Shown here one piece after another: positions 39,804-53,740 of a DNA stretch of 64,000 bases (its first letter is position 1; each line of letters starts with the position of its first letter). The notes beneath the pieces were generated by a model. That model did not search any database. It was not told the DNA's origin and saw only the letters and a program-made list of their open reading frames with translations. The stretch comes from Felis catus (taxonomy: Eukaryota): positions 154,010,001 to 154,074,000 of the forward strand of contig NC_058368.1 of NCBI RefSeq assembly GCF_018350175.1. Direction: 5' to 3'. A program made the position numbers and the translations under genes.

Positions 39804-39979
39804 ACCGTTTCTCAAAGTGTAGTCCTCTGACTAGCAGTATTAACAGCACCTGGAAAGAAATGCAAATTTTCAGGCCCCATCCCATATTCACTGAATCAGA
39901 AACCCTGGGGATGCAGGCCATGGTGTTTTAACAAGCCCTCCAGATGATTCTGATAAACATTATAGTTTGACAACCACTA
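39804..39979. mobile_element. MER5A hAT-Charlie MITE
   Basis: TTTCTCAAAGTGTAGTCC...GAAATGCAAATTTTCAGGCCCCATCCC...CTGAATCAGAAAC...TTTAACAAGCCCTCCAG...TTTGACAACCACT. Confidence 0.85.
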
Positions 39980-40085
39980 TGTTAGGTGTTTGTAATATTC
40001 ACCAAAATAATCAGTGCAAATGTCTTTAACTGGATTCAAAATAAAAATGTCATTTAAAAAATGGAAAATGAAATGTTAAAGGTGT

Positions 40086-40473
40086 TGTTAGGTGCTGAAT
40101 TGGGTCCTCAAAATCCATAAGCTGATAACTCGTAAGTACCTTATAACGTGACTATATTTGGAGAGAAGGCCTGTAAAGAGGCAACTAAGGTTAAATGAGA
40201 TCACATGGGTTGGCTTTAAGTCAACGCAACCAGTATCCTTATAAGATGAAATGATTGGGAAACAGACATGTGCGTCCCTATAAAAGAAAGACCTGTGAGA
40301 CTACGGCGAGTGGGTGGTCTTCTGTGAGACCTGGCAAGCTACCTTACAAGTAACCAAGCACGCAGAGTCTGATTTTGTTCTTCAGGACTTTAAAATGGTG
40401 AGTAAATAAATTTCTGTTGTTTAAGTCACCCAGTCCATGATACTGGTTATGGCAGCATTAGCAAATCAATGTA
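40086..40473 (+). mobile_element. MaLR solo LTR (MLT1A/B-like) with 5-bp TSD
   Basis: TG start, GGTTAAATGAGATCAC, CCTTATAAGA, AATAAATTTCTGTTGTTTAAGTCACCCAGT. GGTGT at 40081-85 and 40474-78. Confidence 0.88.
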
Positions 40474-42519
40474 GGTGTATATTTAAGTCTTTGAACTTTT
40501 GGAATTAGATTTAAATCTATTCAAGGAGTCCCTTCGCTATTATGAACTGCTATGTCTATGAAAGCTCAAAAATGTAATATTTTAGAAGCAATGATACAAA
40601 ACCTTATTTTAATTGTTTAGGTATATCCTAGGCTGTGTAAGCCACAAGATTCAAAACGAAGTTGAGAGCAGAGTCAGTAGCTTTTGGCTTCTTAATGTAG
40701 TTATCTTTTACATTGTTTATTTTGTGTAATTTTAAAGTAAAAGCTTATTTGCATACCACATCATCCTTTCAGTTTAAGGTCTTTGTTTTTGTTTTTCCCA
40801 GTTGCAATGATAGCATTTGTTATTTGGTTTAAAAAAAATACCTTATTGGAAAATAGTCAGTGTTTTTGTCAATTAGTGCAAAGTATGTTAAAATAGAAAG
40901 TGTTTGCCTGTTTTTTGTTTTTGTTTTGACTGGTGTAAAAAAAAATACTTAGGGCACACACTATTAATAGATATAATACCATTATAGATTTAAGTGATGT
41001 CTGTGTATTGAGTGAATTAGGCCTTAGGTGGATAGAGTAATGCTCTCTATATGGCTGCTTGTTATGAGCCTTCCTCTGACATATATCTCATAATGGTTCC
41101 TGTTGATTGATCTAATTACATACACATGGTTTTATTGGAGCTTTGTGAATCTGGAGATATCCATGTTTGCTTAATGTTCTACAAGCACAATTCAATACCC
41201 TTTAGGCTTACCAGGATTGTTTCCATAATCCTTAATTGAGAAAAGTAAGCTTTGAGAATTTTGAAATACCCTGCCTAAATCAAGCTACTGGGCCAGCAAA
41301 TTTTCCCGTTAGACTTTTTTTTTTTTTAAGACAAGAACCTTTTTTAATGCACATATCCTATTTTTGTGTGTCATTCTGTAATTAAATGTAATATATTTAA
41401 TTTTTGTGAATGTGCAAACAAATGTTCTTGTTTTATGCTTCTTGACTTTCACATCTGGAGAACAAATATTTTGGAAAACATAAATGCAAAATAAATTGCA
41501 TCAAGTAACCAGTGAATAGTAGAGTAGTAGTCCTATTTCAATGTAAGCCTAATAATCCTTAAATTCAGCATTTTATGTATGGAGATAAATACAGCAGGAT
41601 TTTATTAATTTAATATTATAATCAATTTAAAATGTAATAAACTTTATTTCATTGACTGCTTTTGAATAGTTGATAGGAATCTGTGAATCTTAGATTTTTC
41701 AGTTGTTTTCCATAATGTATCAATATCATTCTGATGTGTGAAACGTGGAATAGTTCTGTGATCTTTTCTCTGTGCGGCTTTAACTATTTTTAATCATTCT
41801 TTTATATTACTCGAATAGTTAGGACAAACAGGATTACTCTGTTTTCCACCCACTCCAGTGTTTGGGGGTTTTGAATAACATTTTTTAAACAAAACATTAG
41901 CCCCCTGAAAGCCCAAGACAAACTCAAAGTTTTGGGAAATTTACTTCCACAGATCTAATAAATTTTTCTTGACTGAATGATTTCCCCCTAATCAGATGAA
42001 TACGTGTTGAGCTCCAGTAAAAGGCTCAAGGGATGGCTGTGTTAGGGCTGAATGGTGGCAGGGGTTGGGGTGAGGGATTGCTAAAAAGGTGGAAAAACAA
42101 CAAATGAATGATGTTTTTTTAAAAAATGGAAATAATCATATTCTTAAGCAGCCTGAGGAGTTCTCTTTCCTAGTAGTTAATACCCTTGATGGGAGAAAAG
42201 TTGTCTGGAAAACTTCAGGAACCTGAAATAACACAATGAGCTCTTGAAGGTAACTGGGTTCATCTGAAGGTTAAGATCAATGGATGTTGATACTTGTGGT
42301 ATAACTTTAAGGAGTTAGCTTTTCAAAAGGAAAGACAGTTTGATCAATGAAAAGTTAAAAGAGCTTTATAATTTTAGAAAGGGTGAAAAATGAAACCTGA
42401 CCTGGAATATGTAAGTTGGGCTCCAGTGTCAAAATGCATACGTGTTCACTTCAGAACATGTTTTGTCTTGAAACCTTAAGATTGATTCATACTTGACTGC
42501 ATACAATGCCTGAAGATAT

Positions 42520-42725
42520 TTATTAAGCCTGTATTATTAGGTACTGCATTACACACTTAATCCTCTTAGTTTTCACTGTCCTGTGTTTCTATCTTTTATC
42601 TTCATTTTACAGATGTGAAAACTGAGGCATAAAAAGATTGACTAATTTTCTCATAGCAGAGGAGTAGAGGCAGGAGTCAATCCTAGACATTTTGATTGAA
42701 TTTTTATCTCTGAGCAGTATTGCCT
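42520..42725 (-). mobile_element. MIR relic
   Basis: CATTTTACAGATGTGAAAACTGAGGC core. Confidence 0.75.
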
Positions 42726-45700
42726 AGTTGTGAAATAGTTGAAGGTTGGAACACTAAGAAACTGGGACACCTTTTCTTATCAAACACTACACCAAACTAA
42801 ACCAAAAAACATTACGTAAGAAATTGGTAGTCTCTGGAACCACATGGAAAACAAAAAAAGATGCCTTACTACTTGGATCTTGATACTCTGCTTTACGTGC
42901 TAGTTCCTTTTTAACTATTTTGAGTGTAATAATGGGTAGTTTAAATTTAAGAAGTAATTAGAAAAAATACGGACAGTCTGTATAATCTAGGCTGAAGTAC
43001 ATGTTTTTCCTTTTTCCCCATTCAGAACCTTTTTATTTAGATAATACTCTTAAAATTCTTGGCTTTGAATTTAGTCTATATCTTCCTGCCCCACGTTATC
43101 ACAAAGCCCAAGAATCAGTTTTTAAATGTTAGTGATACTCAATTGAAAATTTAGGTGTAATGGAGTTTTAGCCTAAATGTAATATTCTACCTCAAGATGC
43201 AGGGGAACACTTGAAATAGCACATGTGTGGCTCTGCTTTAAGTCTGGATTAACAGTAGTTTTCTTGAAAACACTGGTTAAGTTAACAACATGAAAATGTA
43301 GTATGCAGTTGTAGTTAGTGAGTTTGCTTTCTTATGTGCATAATATGAGCTTGTAATGGAAGTAATGTCATATAGTATTTAACTCTGACATTTAGTGTTT
43401 GCCCTAGTAGATGGTCTTCCTTTTACTTAAGTGCCATTACTTTTATGTAGTCCATTTTCATTGCATTTAGTCCCATTTTAGTAATAATGCTTGCATGATT
43501 TACCAGGCAAATGCAATCTTTGCCCTGAATGGCACAGTGCAAGAAAAAATGGAAGCTGTTAAGAGGCTGAATGGCAAAAAAGTATTATTGACCTATGCTG
43601 GCAGCCATGTGTTTCAATTATTTTCAAGAATCCATTTGTCAAATAAGTGAAGCGATGTGGGACGTCAAGTTCAAGCTGGGGTTAGTGCCTTTCTACATCT
43701 GATATGATGTATCTTCTGTAGCCATTTAATTGAATTACCCAATTTATTTTTCAAGCAACAATGCTCTACCAAGAGCCATGACATTAAACAATTAAATATG
43801 AGTTTAAAAGTCTGCATTTTGTGTAGTTCATCATTCCTCTGCAGCAGAAAGTGAGCTCAAGGGCCCGAGGATTTCTGATTTTTTTGGTATAGTGTAAAAG
43901 CTTAGCTTCTAGGGAACATGGTAACAGTCCCATGTGGAAACATGTTAAAAATACTTCACAATTATTTTTATCAGAGTGGTGATATACATAGGTGGAGTTT
44001 AACTGCAATTATTCAATTCCTTGAGAAAGGACCTTCTATGTGGATAAGCAAACAAGGTTGTGATCACTCTACCTAATTAATGTTCAATGAGTTTGGTTAA
44101 GAATGCTTTTCTGTTTGAAGTAAATCCCTTCTCTAGATACAGAAGAGAATCCTAGGGAAAAAAATTCCAAAAAAATTATGAAGGAGATAATGAAGGTAAA
44201 GAATACTTAATTTTTCAAATCACTGAAAAATATTCCAGGCCATTATAATTTATAAAGTTGTTGAAAGTTTTAATGGAAAACCATTTGAGTGATTATAACT
44301 GTTGTGTTGGTGGGTGATGCGTGGAGGAAGAGAGACAAGGGGAAAAAATTGAAAGCAACTGCATACTAGCTTTGTATAAGACGACTATTGGGGGGGGGAA
44401 TTTTAATTTTAATTTTTTACTGAGGTACTCTATGGCAAATGTTAAGAGCACTTTATTTTAGGTTTTCTTTTGTTAGACGTACAGATTGGTTTTTGATCTG
44501 AGGAGAATAATTACTGAAATGCAGAGAACAGAAGCGACTTATTTTTTTTTCAATTAACATTCAACAATTAAATTTTAATATGGTCAGGGAATTGTTCAGA
44601 TCCTTTTGTATAGGGATACTGCACCTTTAATTATCTGCCCTCTGGTGCCAAACCTTTTCTTTGAGTGCTTCCATAAAAGCTTATTGCAGCTAGTTATTGA
44701 GCAAATTAGTACTTGAGTTTTGGTGAAAAATGTCTTTATTAGTCCTAAAACCGGAGTCACTGTGCATTCCCAGAAGGCGTGATTTTGTTTGATGAATAAA
44801 TCTAGTAATTATCCTGCTGTTAGGGCTGTACCGCAAATGTCATAAGCAGATAAACAGAGGGAGTAAGCCTTCCGTAAATTCTCTAATTATCTATGTTGGA
44901 CTACTTATCGCCTGCAGATGATTTATGAGCATATTGATATATCCTTAAGTATGTTCATTTGAGTTCACAGATGCAAATAATTAAGGCACTAGTCATTTAC
45001 AAAGGAGGCTTCAGGTCAGGGTCATTTCATTATAGAATTTCAGCCTGGCTTGTACAATAAAACAAGATATAGATAGATACATTCAACTTGACCAGGATAT
45101 TTCCTAAGAGACACTTAATTTTATTTTTCTTTCTGTAGATTTTATTACTCTCACCCATTATTTTCATAAAATGAGATTTTTGCAACCTTCTATGTCAACT
45201 ATTTTTTATTAAGAAATATTGTCCTACTTATAGTATATTTAAATTGCTTGGCAAAGTAACTAGGAAATAACAGATTTTTTATTTCTGTTAAGAAATTTTT
45301 AAAATGTGTTCTTCAAATACAGGTGTCTTACCTTTCTCTATTTGATAAAAAGTAACTGGCTTTTTCTTTTCCAAGTATAGAATATTTTATAAAGAATGTT
45401 CCATTCTTACACATAATTAAAGACTAGGAAATCAAATTTAAAATTGTCTCCAAAAATGGTATTCTATTAATAATCAAAGCTAATATACCTGTATATGATA
45501 AGAAAAAGAAGTTGAATGTGAGTATTAAAGTATTTGATAATTATTCAACACATTGACATATAGTCTAAGATGAATGATCCTAAGATTTATATCTGGGTGG
45601 TACTTGAGCTGTGATATTTGGAAGTATATACAACAGTTAAAAGAGAATATAGATAGTGTAGTGTTTGTTTTAATGTACAAAAAGAGGTGAACCAAAGCCA

Positions 45701-48700
45701 AATTGTTACTCTGGACATTTTAGGAGAGCTCCATAGAATGCCATGGATGTAATCGTGTACTTGATTGGCTTATGTAAGGAACAAAGATGTTTGTGGCCAA
45801 ATCCTTAAGGTGAGGGTTAGCATGTAGTTCTTGAAGGCTATGGACAGCGTTCAGAAGGCATCTATTTCAGTTTTGAGCTAATGTATTTCGCATCTGATAA
45901 GAGTAAATTGAAAACTTACAGGTACTTAAAAAAAAAAAAAGTTATTCCCTTAGTCTACAAAAGGGCTAGTGGCTTAAATCTCTAGGATCCATCCATTCTA
46001 CACAGAACCTTTTATAAAATTGATGGGACTTTTGATACTGGAAGTAAATTCTGAACAGAACTGTTAGTGGATGAAAATCAAGATTATTACCTTAGTATTT
46101 GCTTTAAAAACTAGCAAAGAATATTCCTGCTTAATAGAACAAGATCGTTTTTCCTAAATGGATTACACTAATTTCTTAGGTGCCCTTCCTTGATGACTTT
46201 TTTTCCTCTTCAAACCACAAGCACAGGTACTTAGACATCCTAGTCTACCCCTCGACACTGTTCTTGTGTAATTGATCACATCTGCTTGCTTGGAATTCAA
46301 TGTATCAGACTGGTGTTTTCTTCGATGATGGACTAAATGGCTAAGTATTTGGAAGCTGAGTAAAAAGAAAAATCCAGTAAACTTTTATTTCAGTTTGTCT
46401 GTACAGATCCACTGAATTCCAATTCACTTTGAAAAATTATCCTACACAGAACTGCAGAAGTGCATGTTACCCTACAAATAGTTTCACTAGTAAGATCTAA
46501 AAACAAAATGTTGGAGTCTTCCCCCCCCCCCACATATACATCCCCCCAAAACCCCCTTTTTACATCTCTAGCAATTCTTCACAAACATTGACTTCTTAAT
46601 AAGTATCACATCTTTTAAAATTCCTTCATGGAAAATTGTTCTCGCAGATTTTCCCTAAATGAGGTGAAATACTATTGACAACAGTTGAATTTTATCAGGA
46701 AAACCAAAAATAAAAATTTGTGGAAGTAGAAAACGAACAGTAAGTTACATCCTCAAAGTTAGTGTTTTATAAAATAAAGTTACACTCCAAATGTTATTTC
46801 AGTATATAAAAATTAAACACCTAGAAAAAGTAAGTGTTCTGTATCCATTCCATTTTCCCTGATAGCATTTTGTCTAATACACTCCTACTGCTGAGTTTAA
46901 GATGCTTTCTACTCAAATAGCTCATTCTCATCACACAGCTCTCTAAAAGAGGAACTCTAGAAATGAGGGGTTTCTTCATTCTTACATGGCTACTTTGTTT
47001 GATATCCTTCTAGTCGAGCTCTCACATAGGTTACCGTAAGGAGACTTTCTAGGGCATAGCTGTTAGGACGTGGCTGATAAACTCCAGTAAAGAAATAAAA
47101 TGAATCTGATATTATACAACTATTAAAGAGTATTTTGGGGTTTATGTTGAAAAACAAAGTGCTGACTAAATAACATAGGTTACATATAATAGATGTGTAT
47201 CTATGGATATATATTCTAAAAATTTGTTGATTCATGATAATAGTTCCTGAACAAACTTTATGCTTTTTGAGAAGTATTGTACAATTGCAGTGTGCCTAAA
47301 ATTGTGCTGAAATTGTGATGTCTCCGATCACTGGAATTGACTCAGACATCGTGCACACTAAAAATTATATCATGAGAAACTTTACTCTGAAGATGAGCTG
47401 TGCAGGACAATAATTCCACTGTTTGGATTGCAGCCACCACACTGCTGGATAGCTGGAAGGCAGAAAAGGGTCCTGCAGATGTCACAGAGATCTAAGGCAA
47501 TTCTTTTTGGCTTTCTGAAGTTGACTTTGTGGTATTGGGGTCAGAATGTTTTCATCTCTTGACAAATCCTTCAGAGAAATAATTTAGTCATCACTCTTAG
47601 CTTAAGAAGTCTCCCCCAAATTGCTGAATTTTCAGTCTTCTATGGTGCCTATCTTTAAATAGAAAAGACAAAAAAATCACTGAAAACGCTTGGATTATAA
47701 AGTGGCTTATAAAATGATTATTTCATTTACTTTGTCTCTCTCTTAAAATACTTGAACACCCTTTCATTTAATGTTTTCTGTCTGAAACTGAGATGCACAG
47801 AGAAAAAGGTAAATAACAGTCTTTCTGGGCAGTCACTGTCATCAGCTTATTTTTATGGGTAGTAAATTTACTTTCAAATCAAGCACAGTGAAGAACAAAA
47901 TGTGGTGCTAGAATTTAAATAGCAATATATCACTTGATGAGTGTTCCTATATAAAATAGAATCCAATCCTACTGGACCTGTGATAGGACTATTAACTGAC
48001 CTACAAGGATAAAAGCACAAAGGTATATCTCTAATTCCCTTGCTCCCTGCCCAAGTGAACATTTTTCAAAAGCGCTAACTAGTTAGAATCATTGATTTTC
48101 CTCTTTGCTATTCTAGGATTCTCACCAGGATTTGAGCTTACTCCTATTAGCATGACTTCATTAAATCCCACAGTTTATCACAGAGGAAACCTTCCTAGTA
48201 AGGTAGAAAATGGAAGTTCAGGAATACCACAGATGATAATTTGCAGATTGTATAATAATCTTGTTACATCTTACAAAAAAACACAAGCAAAACCCCCTTG
48301 AAGCTCATAATAACATCATAACCCTGAAAGCTATGATTCTTATTATACACCCGGTTGAGCTATACTGTTAACTTCCTATCACTTTTTGTAATCACAACGT
48401 GATTACCTTGATACACAAAAATTTTTACTGGTTTGCAAAGTTGAACCTTAGAACTATATGATTACACTTTCTTGAAATTTTATGCAGTTCTTAAAAAATG
48501 GTTTCATTTGTTTTTACCTTTCCCTCTAGAAGTAAACATGTACAAGAAAGTTTGTGAACTACAATGCCAATCATTTCCATTCCTCTTAGACTATGGGTCT
48601 TTGTTTACTGAATAATGGGGGGAAATCACCTCTACTTTTTAGAACTGCCAGTTTCTTTGTTGCTTATCATTCCTATTGTCCTCAGGATTTTTTGCTCAGT

Positions 48701-49740
48701 TGTCTTTTTCTGGCTCCATCTTTTCCATCAGCTCTACAAATAGACAATTTATAGTTTTTGCGTGTTTTTTTTTTGAATTTTTTGTATGTATGTGCTTCTC
48801 TTCTCATCCCTTTTGGATCTTATCCAGTGGCAATACATCATCTACTGTCCATTTACTAGTATGACAGATTCTATTTCTCTTGTATCAGCTTTTCTCCTGA
48901 ACATGTTACCTTCATTTCCACCAGAACAGGTGCACCCCCTGAATTTGAAAAGTAACATTTATATTGTCTGCCAAAACTCAATCTTCAAACTGTTGCTTCT
49001 CTTCAAGGTACAAACATTGGGATTCTTAGCTTATTTGGTTCCTTCACTCCCTACTTTGAATCACCTGCCAAAGTCTATTGCTGTGACAGATGTATCCCCA
49101 ATATCTGATGGTTGAGTCATTCACTGTTGACACCCTAAACCTTGTAAAAGCATTCTGTATAGCAAACCTACTAAATTAACTGGAATGGAAAACCTTTCAT
49201 TTTAGTTAAGGACACACGCTTGTTAATGAGTTAACACTGCATGTAGAGGTGACAAAAGTACTTTGGAAGTATACATGGGCAAATTAGGTAAATTCCCTTA
49301 AGTTTGTTAATCTGGGCTATTGGAATAGCCTCTTTGCTTTTTTCCTGGATGCAAAATCTTCTCTCAACTATTTCCCTTCTTTGATTGGAACTAGAATATT
49401 TCCCAGAGATGGCATCTTTTCTTGGGTTCCTCTTGCATAAGCAGGAACACATACATAATCTGGTCACTGAATAGATTTCAGGTGTCCATGGAACACTAGA
49501 AGACTAAGTAACTGGGTAGAAGTGTAGGTAAGTACATTTCTGGAAGAGGGTCATTAGGTATGAACCCACAAAAACAATTAAAGTACTATCAACCGACAGT
49601 ATAAAAGAGAAGCTTCTTAGGACCTATATATACAATTGTAAACTGGCCATATTGTTCTTGTCAGCTCTTCTGCCTCCATCTTCCCATTAAATGAATCCTC
49701 GTCCCGGGCACATGATGTTTCCCAAATATTCTGCACTTTT

Positions 49741-49968
49741 TTTTTTAAATTTTTTTCTTTTTCAACGTTTTTTATTTATTTTTGGGACAGAGAGAGACAG
49801 AGCATGAACGGCGGAGGGGTAGAGAGAGAGGGAGACACAGAATCGGAAACAGGCTCCAGGCTCCGAGCCATCAGCCCAGAGCCTGACGCGGGGCTCGAAC
49901 TCACGGACCGCGAGATCGTGACCTGGCTGAAGTTGGACGCTTAACCGACTGCGCCACCCAGGCGCCCC
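49741..49968 (-). mobile_element. Young CAN-SINE (SINEC_Fc), antisense
   Basis: CpGs intact. Perfect TSD TATTCTGCACTTTT at 49727-49740 and 49969-49982. Confidence 0.97.
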
Positions 49969-49982
49969 TATTCTGCACTTTT

Positions 49983-50216
49983 TAAAAATGGTTTATTTTG
50001 GGAAAGACAGAGCATGTGTGTGCATACATGCGTGCCCACAATCGGGGGAGGGGCAGAGAGACTGACAAAGTGGGAGAGTGAGAATCCCAAGCAGGTCCAT
50101 GCTGTCCTTGCAGAGCCCCACGTGCAGTTGGATCTCATGAACTGAACCATGAGATCATTACCTGAGCCAAAATCAAGAGTCAGATGCTTAAGTGGCTGAG
50201 CGTCCCAAATGTCCCC
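49983..50216 (-). mobile_element. Older CAN-SINE, antisense
   Basis: GAGAATCCCAAGCAGG, GAGATCATTACCTGAGCCAAAATCAAGAGTCAGATGCTTAA. Confidence 0.9.
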
Positions 50217-50754
50217 CAAATAGTCTGCATTTTTTTTTTAAATGTCTTTGTGCCTTTGTAGATACTGTTACATAACATGTCTGTGTGTAAAGATTCTTTA
50301 GACCATTCCTATGAGAAACTCCAGGAGTGTTTGCCACTAGACTTTTTTCCTGTTGGATAGTTTCTTTTTTTTGTCTAGGTTTGCAAGGTTTTGAAAGAAG
50401 ACAGTGTCATAGTACAGGAATAAGGAATTGATATCCTGGGGTAAAGCTATGGAACGGATGAGGATAACACAGTGCCAGTGGAAGAATCATTTGGATCCAG
50501 TGACAGTCTAAAGATGATACCAATCTGGAAATCAGCTGTGCTGTTCATAATATTAAGAAAGGAGAAAGTATGTTTGGAGGAAGCAGGGACCAGCATAATG
50601 AAATCTTTATTGGACTCTGTAAGAATCTCAAAATATCAGATTAAAAATTAACAATTTTGAATCATGTTTTAAAGTTAATAGAAGGTAACTTGTCGATAAC
50701 AAGCATATCAATAAATACAGGACTAAAAGGGAAATGTGACAGATAATGCACATG

Positions 50755-50960
50755 AATATACATTGAGCCTTTACTATATGCTAGGAATGGTACCAAGCAT
50801 CATCTCCTTTAATTACATAACAACCTGAAAAGATAGTTATTGTTACTAACCCAATATCACAAGGAAGCTGAGGCTTTGAGAATTTAAAAACCTTTCCCCA
50901 AATCCATACAGCTAGAAAGAGGCGACTTTTATTCCAACTTCCATATTTTCAGTCAGTACT
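50755..50960 (-). mobile_element. MIR relic
   Basis: ATTGAGCCTTTACTATATGCTAGG...AAGGAAGCTGAGGCTTTGAGAATTTAA...CATACAGCTAG. Confidence 0.65.
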
Positions 50961-51424
50961 ATTAGATTGTGTTTGTTTTAGGCTATTAGATTAACATTTT
51001 TCACAACTTTATTTCTTCTTATGATTTTAACAATGTATTTTACATTGGCTTCCATCTTGATGTGTTTTTAAAGACTCAGCAGCCCTTCAGAAAAACAGTA
51101 TGGAAGTGTATCTGTTCTCTTGAAGTGTTGAGAATTTATTCTCTTGTATTGCTGAGAGTTTGTTCTCCACTTCCCTTTGATTAGTTTTCTTAAAAATAAA
51201 ATCAGAACTGTATTATTGATCTTAACTAATACCTAAATTATTCGTAAAGTCATTTTAGTATTCTCTGCAATTGTTTCATTTTTAGCTTAATATTTACAAC
51301 TCTAATTTTGTTAGTGGAATTTTAACATACAATAGCTTAGTTTTTCCTAGTAACATTTTGATTTGTGGAATCAATCTGTGTATTTGAGTTTATTCTCATT
51401 CCAAAGTTTTTGGGACAAATTATG

Positions 51425-51426
<2 letters not shown>

Positions 51427-51470
<44 letters not shown>

Positions 51471-51482
51471 CGTGTGTGTGTG
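51427..51482. repeat. (TG)n microsatellite
   Basis: About 20 perfect units plus a short second run. Confidence 0.97.
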
Positions 51483-53559
51483 CACGTGTTTGCAGTTAAT
51501 AAGCTTAAATACTAGGGGGGAAAACAGTGGAAAGATCATACCACAGATAATTAATAAAAATCAATTAGTTTGTTAATGAGTACTCTGTCAGTACCCAAGG
51601 TGGCAGAAACCAGCTGGGGGAAAGAAATCAGGATCCCTGAATAGGACATTTAGAATGCCTGAGTCCTGCTGAGAATTTGAGAGGAAATAACTAGAAGAAG
51701 CACTACTTGGGTTAAAAGTAGCTAAATTTCCTCTTGAGATTGCAATTCCTCTAGCTAATAAATCTAGTAAAAAAGTGATTCACCTTTAGTATATGCCATA
51801 AAGCATTTTCTGAGGCCTTAAGTACATTGCTCACTGCCCTGTATTAAAAACAAACCCATAGTTGTAAATGTCAATGACTAGGAATATTAGAGCCCTTGCA
51901 TCTTTCTTATGTTAGCAGAAAAGCTGGAAGCACCCATTACCTCTTATATGACTTTTTACATTGTATTTATATAAATGGCAAAAGTCAAACATGAGCTGAC
52001 AGGGAAATACAATATCTGTCTTCCAATGGTCCTTGGATGAAAAAACAGAAAATTCTAGTAATAACAATTGACCTTCATAGAAAGTTTTTCAAACCAACTC
52101 ATTGTTTCTATTGTTAATTATATTTAAGATTATTTCTTCTCTATCCTATATAATTAAGGATTATTTATGGGAGGAATCCGGAAGAGGCGATCAACATAAA
52201 AACGAATTAATTACATTTGATAGATCTTCCCTAATAAGTTGGGAAGAAAAAGAAAAGTATTCCACTAAGCTTAAAGTTTTTACATGTAGTTGTGTATATA
52301 TATAGATTTTGTTGGAAATAGGCACAGGTTTCCAACAATTGTAATGAATTTCAATAATTGTCTTCTGGACAAAGGACAAAGTTTCAAAGATGTTTTAAAT
52401 ATTGGTTACTCTTAAAGCAAGAGTGGTTGCAAATTTTACCTAATAACTTACTTTGAATAGGAGTTAGACTCCTAGGGGTAAAAAGAGCATTGATTTGATT
52501 TACTCAACTAGTTAGCTTTCGTAGATAACATGTTCCCCATGTTCCCGTAATTACTAGCAAAATTCCTTTGTAGTGAAATGAGAGAGATTACACATTGGTA
52601 GGAGGGAAAATGGACTGAATCCAGACAAAGAAATGACTTACCTGACCTAAGACTGTTGTTAGTTAACAAAATCCTTTATCCCTCAAATATATGTTGCTAC
52701 AGTTCTCTCTATAATATGCACAACTCTGTGCTTGAAAATCACATTTGTACAATGAGCAAATGTGGCACCCACACTCATTGAAGTAAATCAGGTTACAGTT
52801 TTCTTCTTAGTGCTCTCTTAATATCAAGATATTTCTTCTTTTTGCTCTAGTACATTTTTAATTTCCTAGGAGGCAACAGTAATAGTCTCAGTTCCATGAC
52901 CTTACATTTCTTGTAATGTGTGGGACTTTTCAAATGTTCTGGCTTCTGGGTACATATAAAATACAATTAGGCTTTATTTCAAAATATGTTGAAAAATGAA
53001 CACCTTGATATTCATTTTAGGAATATAGATATTCACACACAAGAATTCATCTGTGAATATGTGAATTTTTAGAGCACACAAGTTGTTGAATCTTTTATTT
53101 TCCATTTAACCTTTGCTATTCAGTCAATAAATTAAATAACATTGTTCATACCCATTAACTAGTTGTATAATTTTTTTTGTTGAACTGAACAGAAGCAATT
53201 TTGTTTTGAGGCCACTTCTGAGTTTTCTGAAGTCATGTGAACCTGAAGAGACAAACTGGCTATGTATGTGGGATGATGGGGGTCACCATCTAACCTTGTT
53301 CAGAGGTGCACCGCCCCATGAAAAACTGACAAAGATACCTCTAACTTATCCCCAGAATTAAAATTTAATACAGAAAATTAAAACTGATAGCTTCTGGAAT
53401 GCATTGCAACTTTAGCCCCTAAATGCCAGAAATTTTGACATGGGCCATATCTGATTTTACACCTTATTTTTAAAAATGAGTAAAGTGAGGTCCTAAGTTA
53501 ATTACTGGGAGATGTACAATTTAACCAATAGGCTCTGACATTGGAATGTTGATGTTTAA

Positions 53560-53740
53560 ATGTGTGCTCTGTTTACAGGATACTTGGACAAACTTAAAAC
53601 TCTGTATTTTTGTCTCATTCATCTGAAAACAATGACTATCTCAGAGGGTTGTTGTGATGATTAAGACAAGTTATTGTTTTAAAGATCTTGCAACAATACA
53701 TAGTACATAGTGAGTGCTACGTAAGTGTTGGCAAAATAAA
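53560..53740 (+). mobile_element. MIR relic
   Basis: CTTGGACAAACTTAA...CATCTGAAAAC...CTCAGAGGGTTGTTGTGATGATTAA...ACATAGTGAGTGCT. Confidence 0.7.

Noticed and set aside
50379..50440. Possible third + strand exon (VCKVLKEDSVIVQE*) after a pyrimidine-rich acceptor
   Set aside because: The donor is weak and such acceptors are common in AT-rich introns. No further support.
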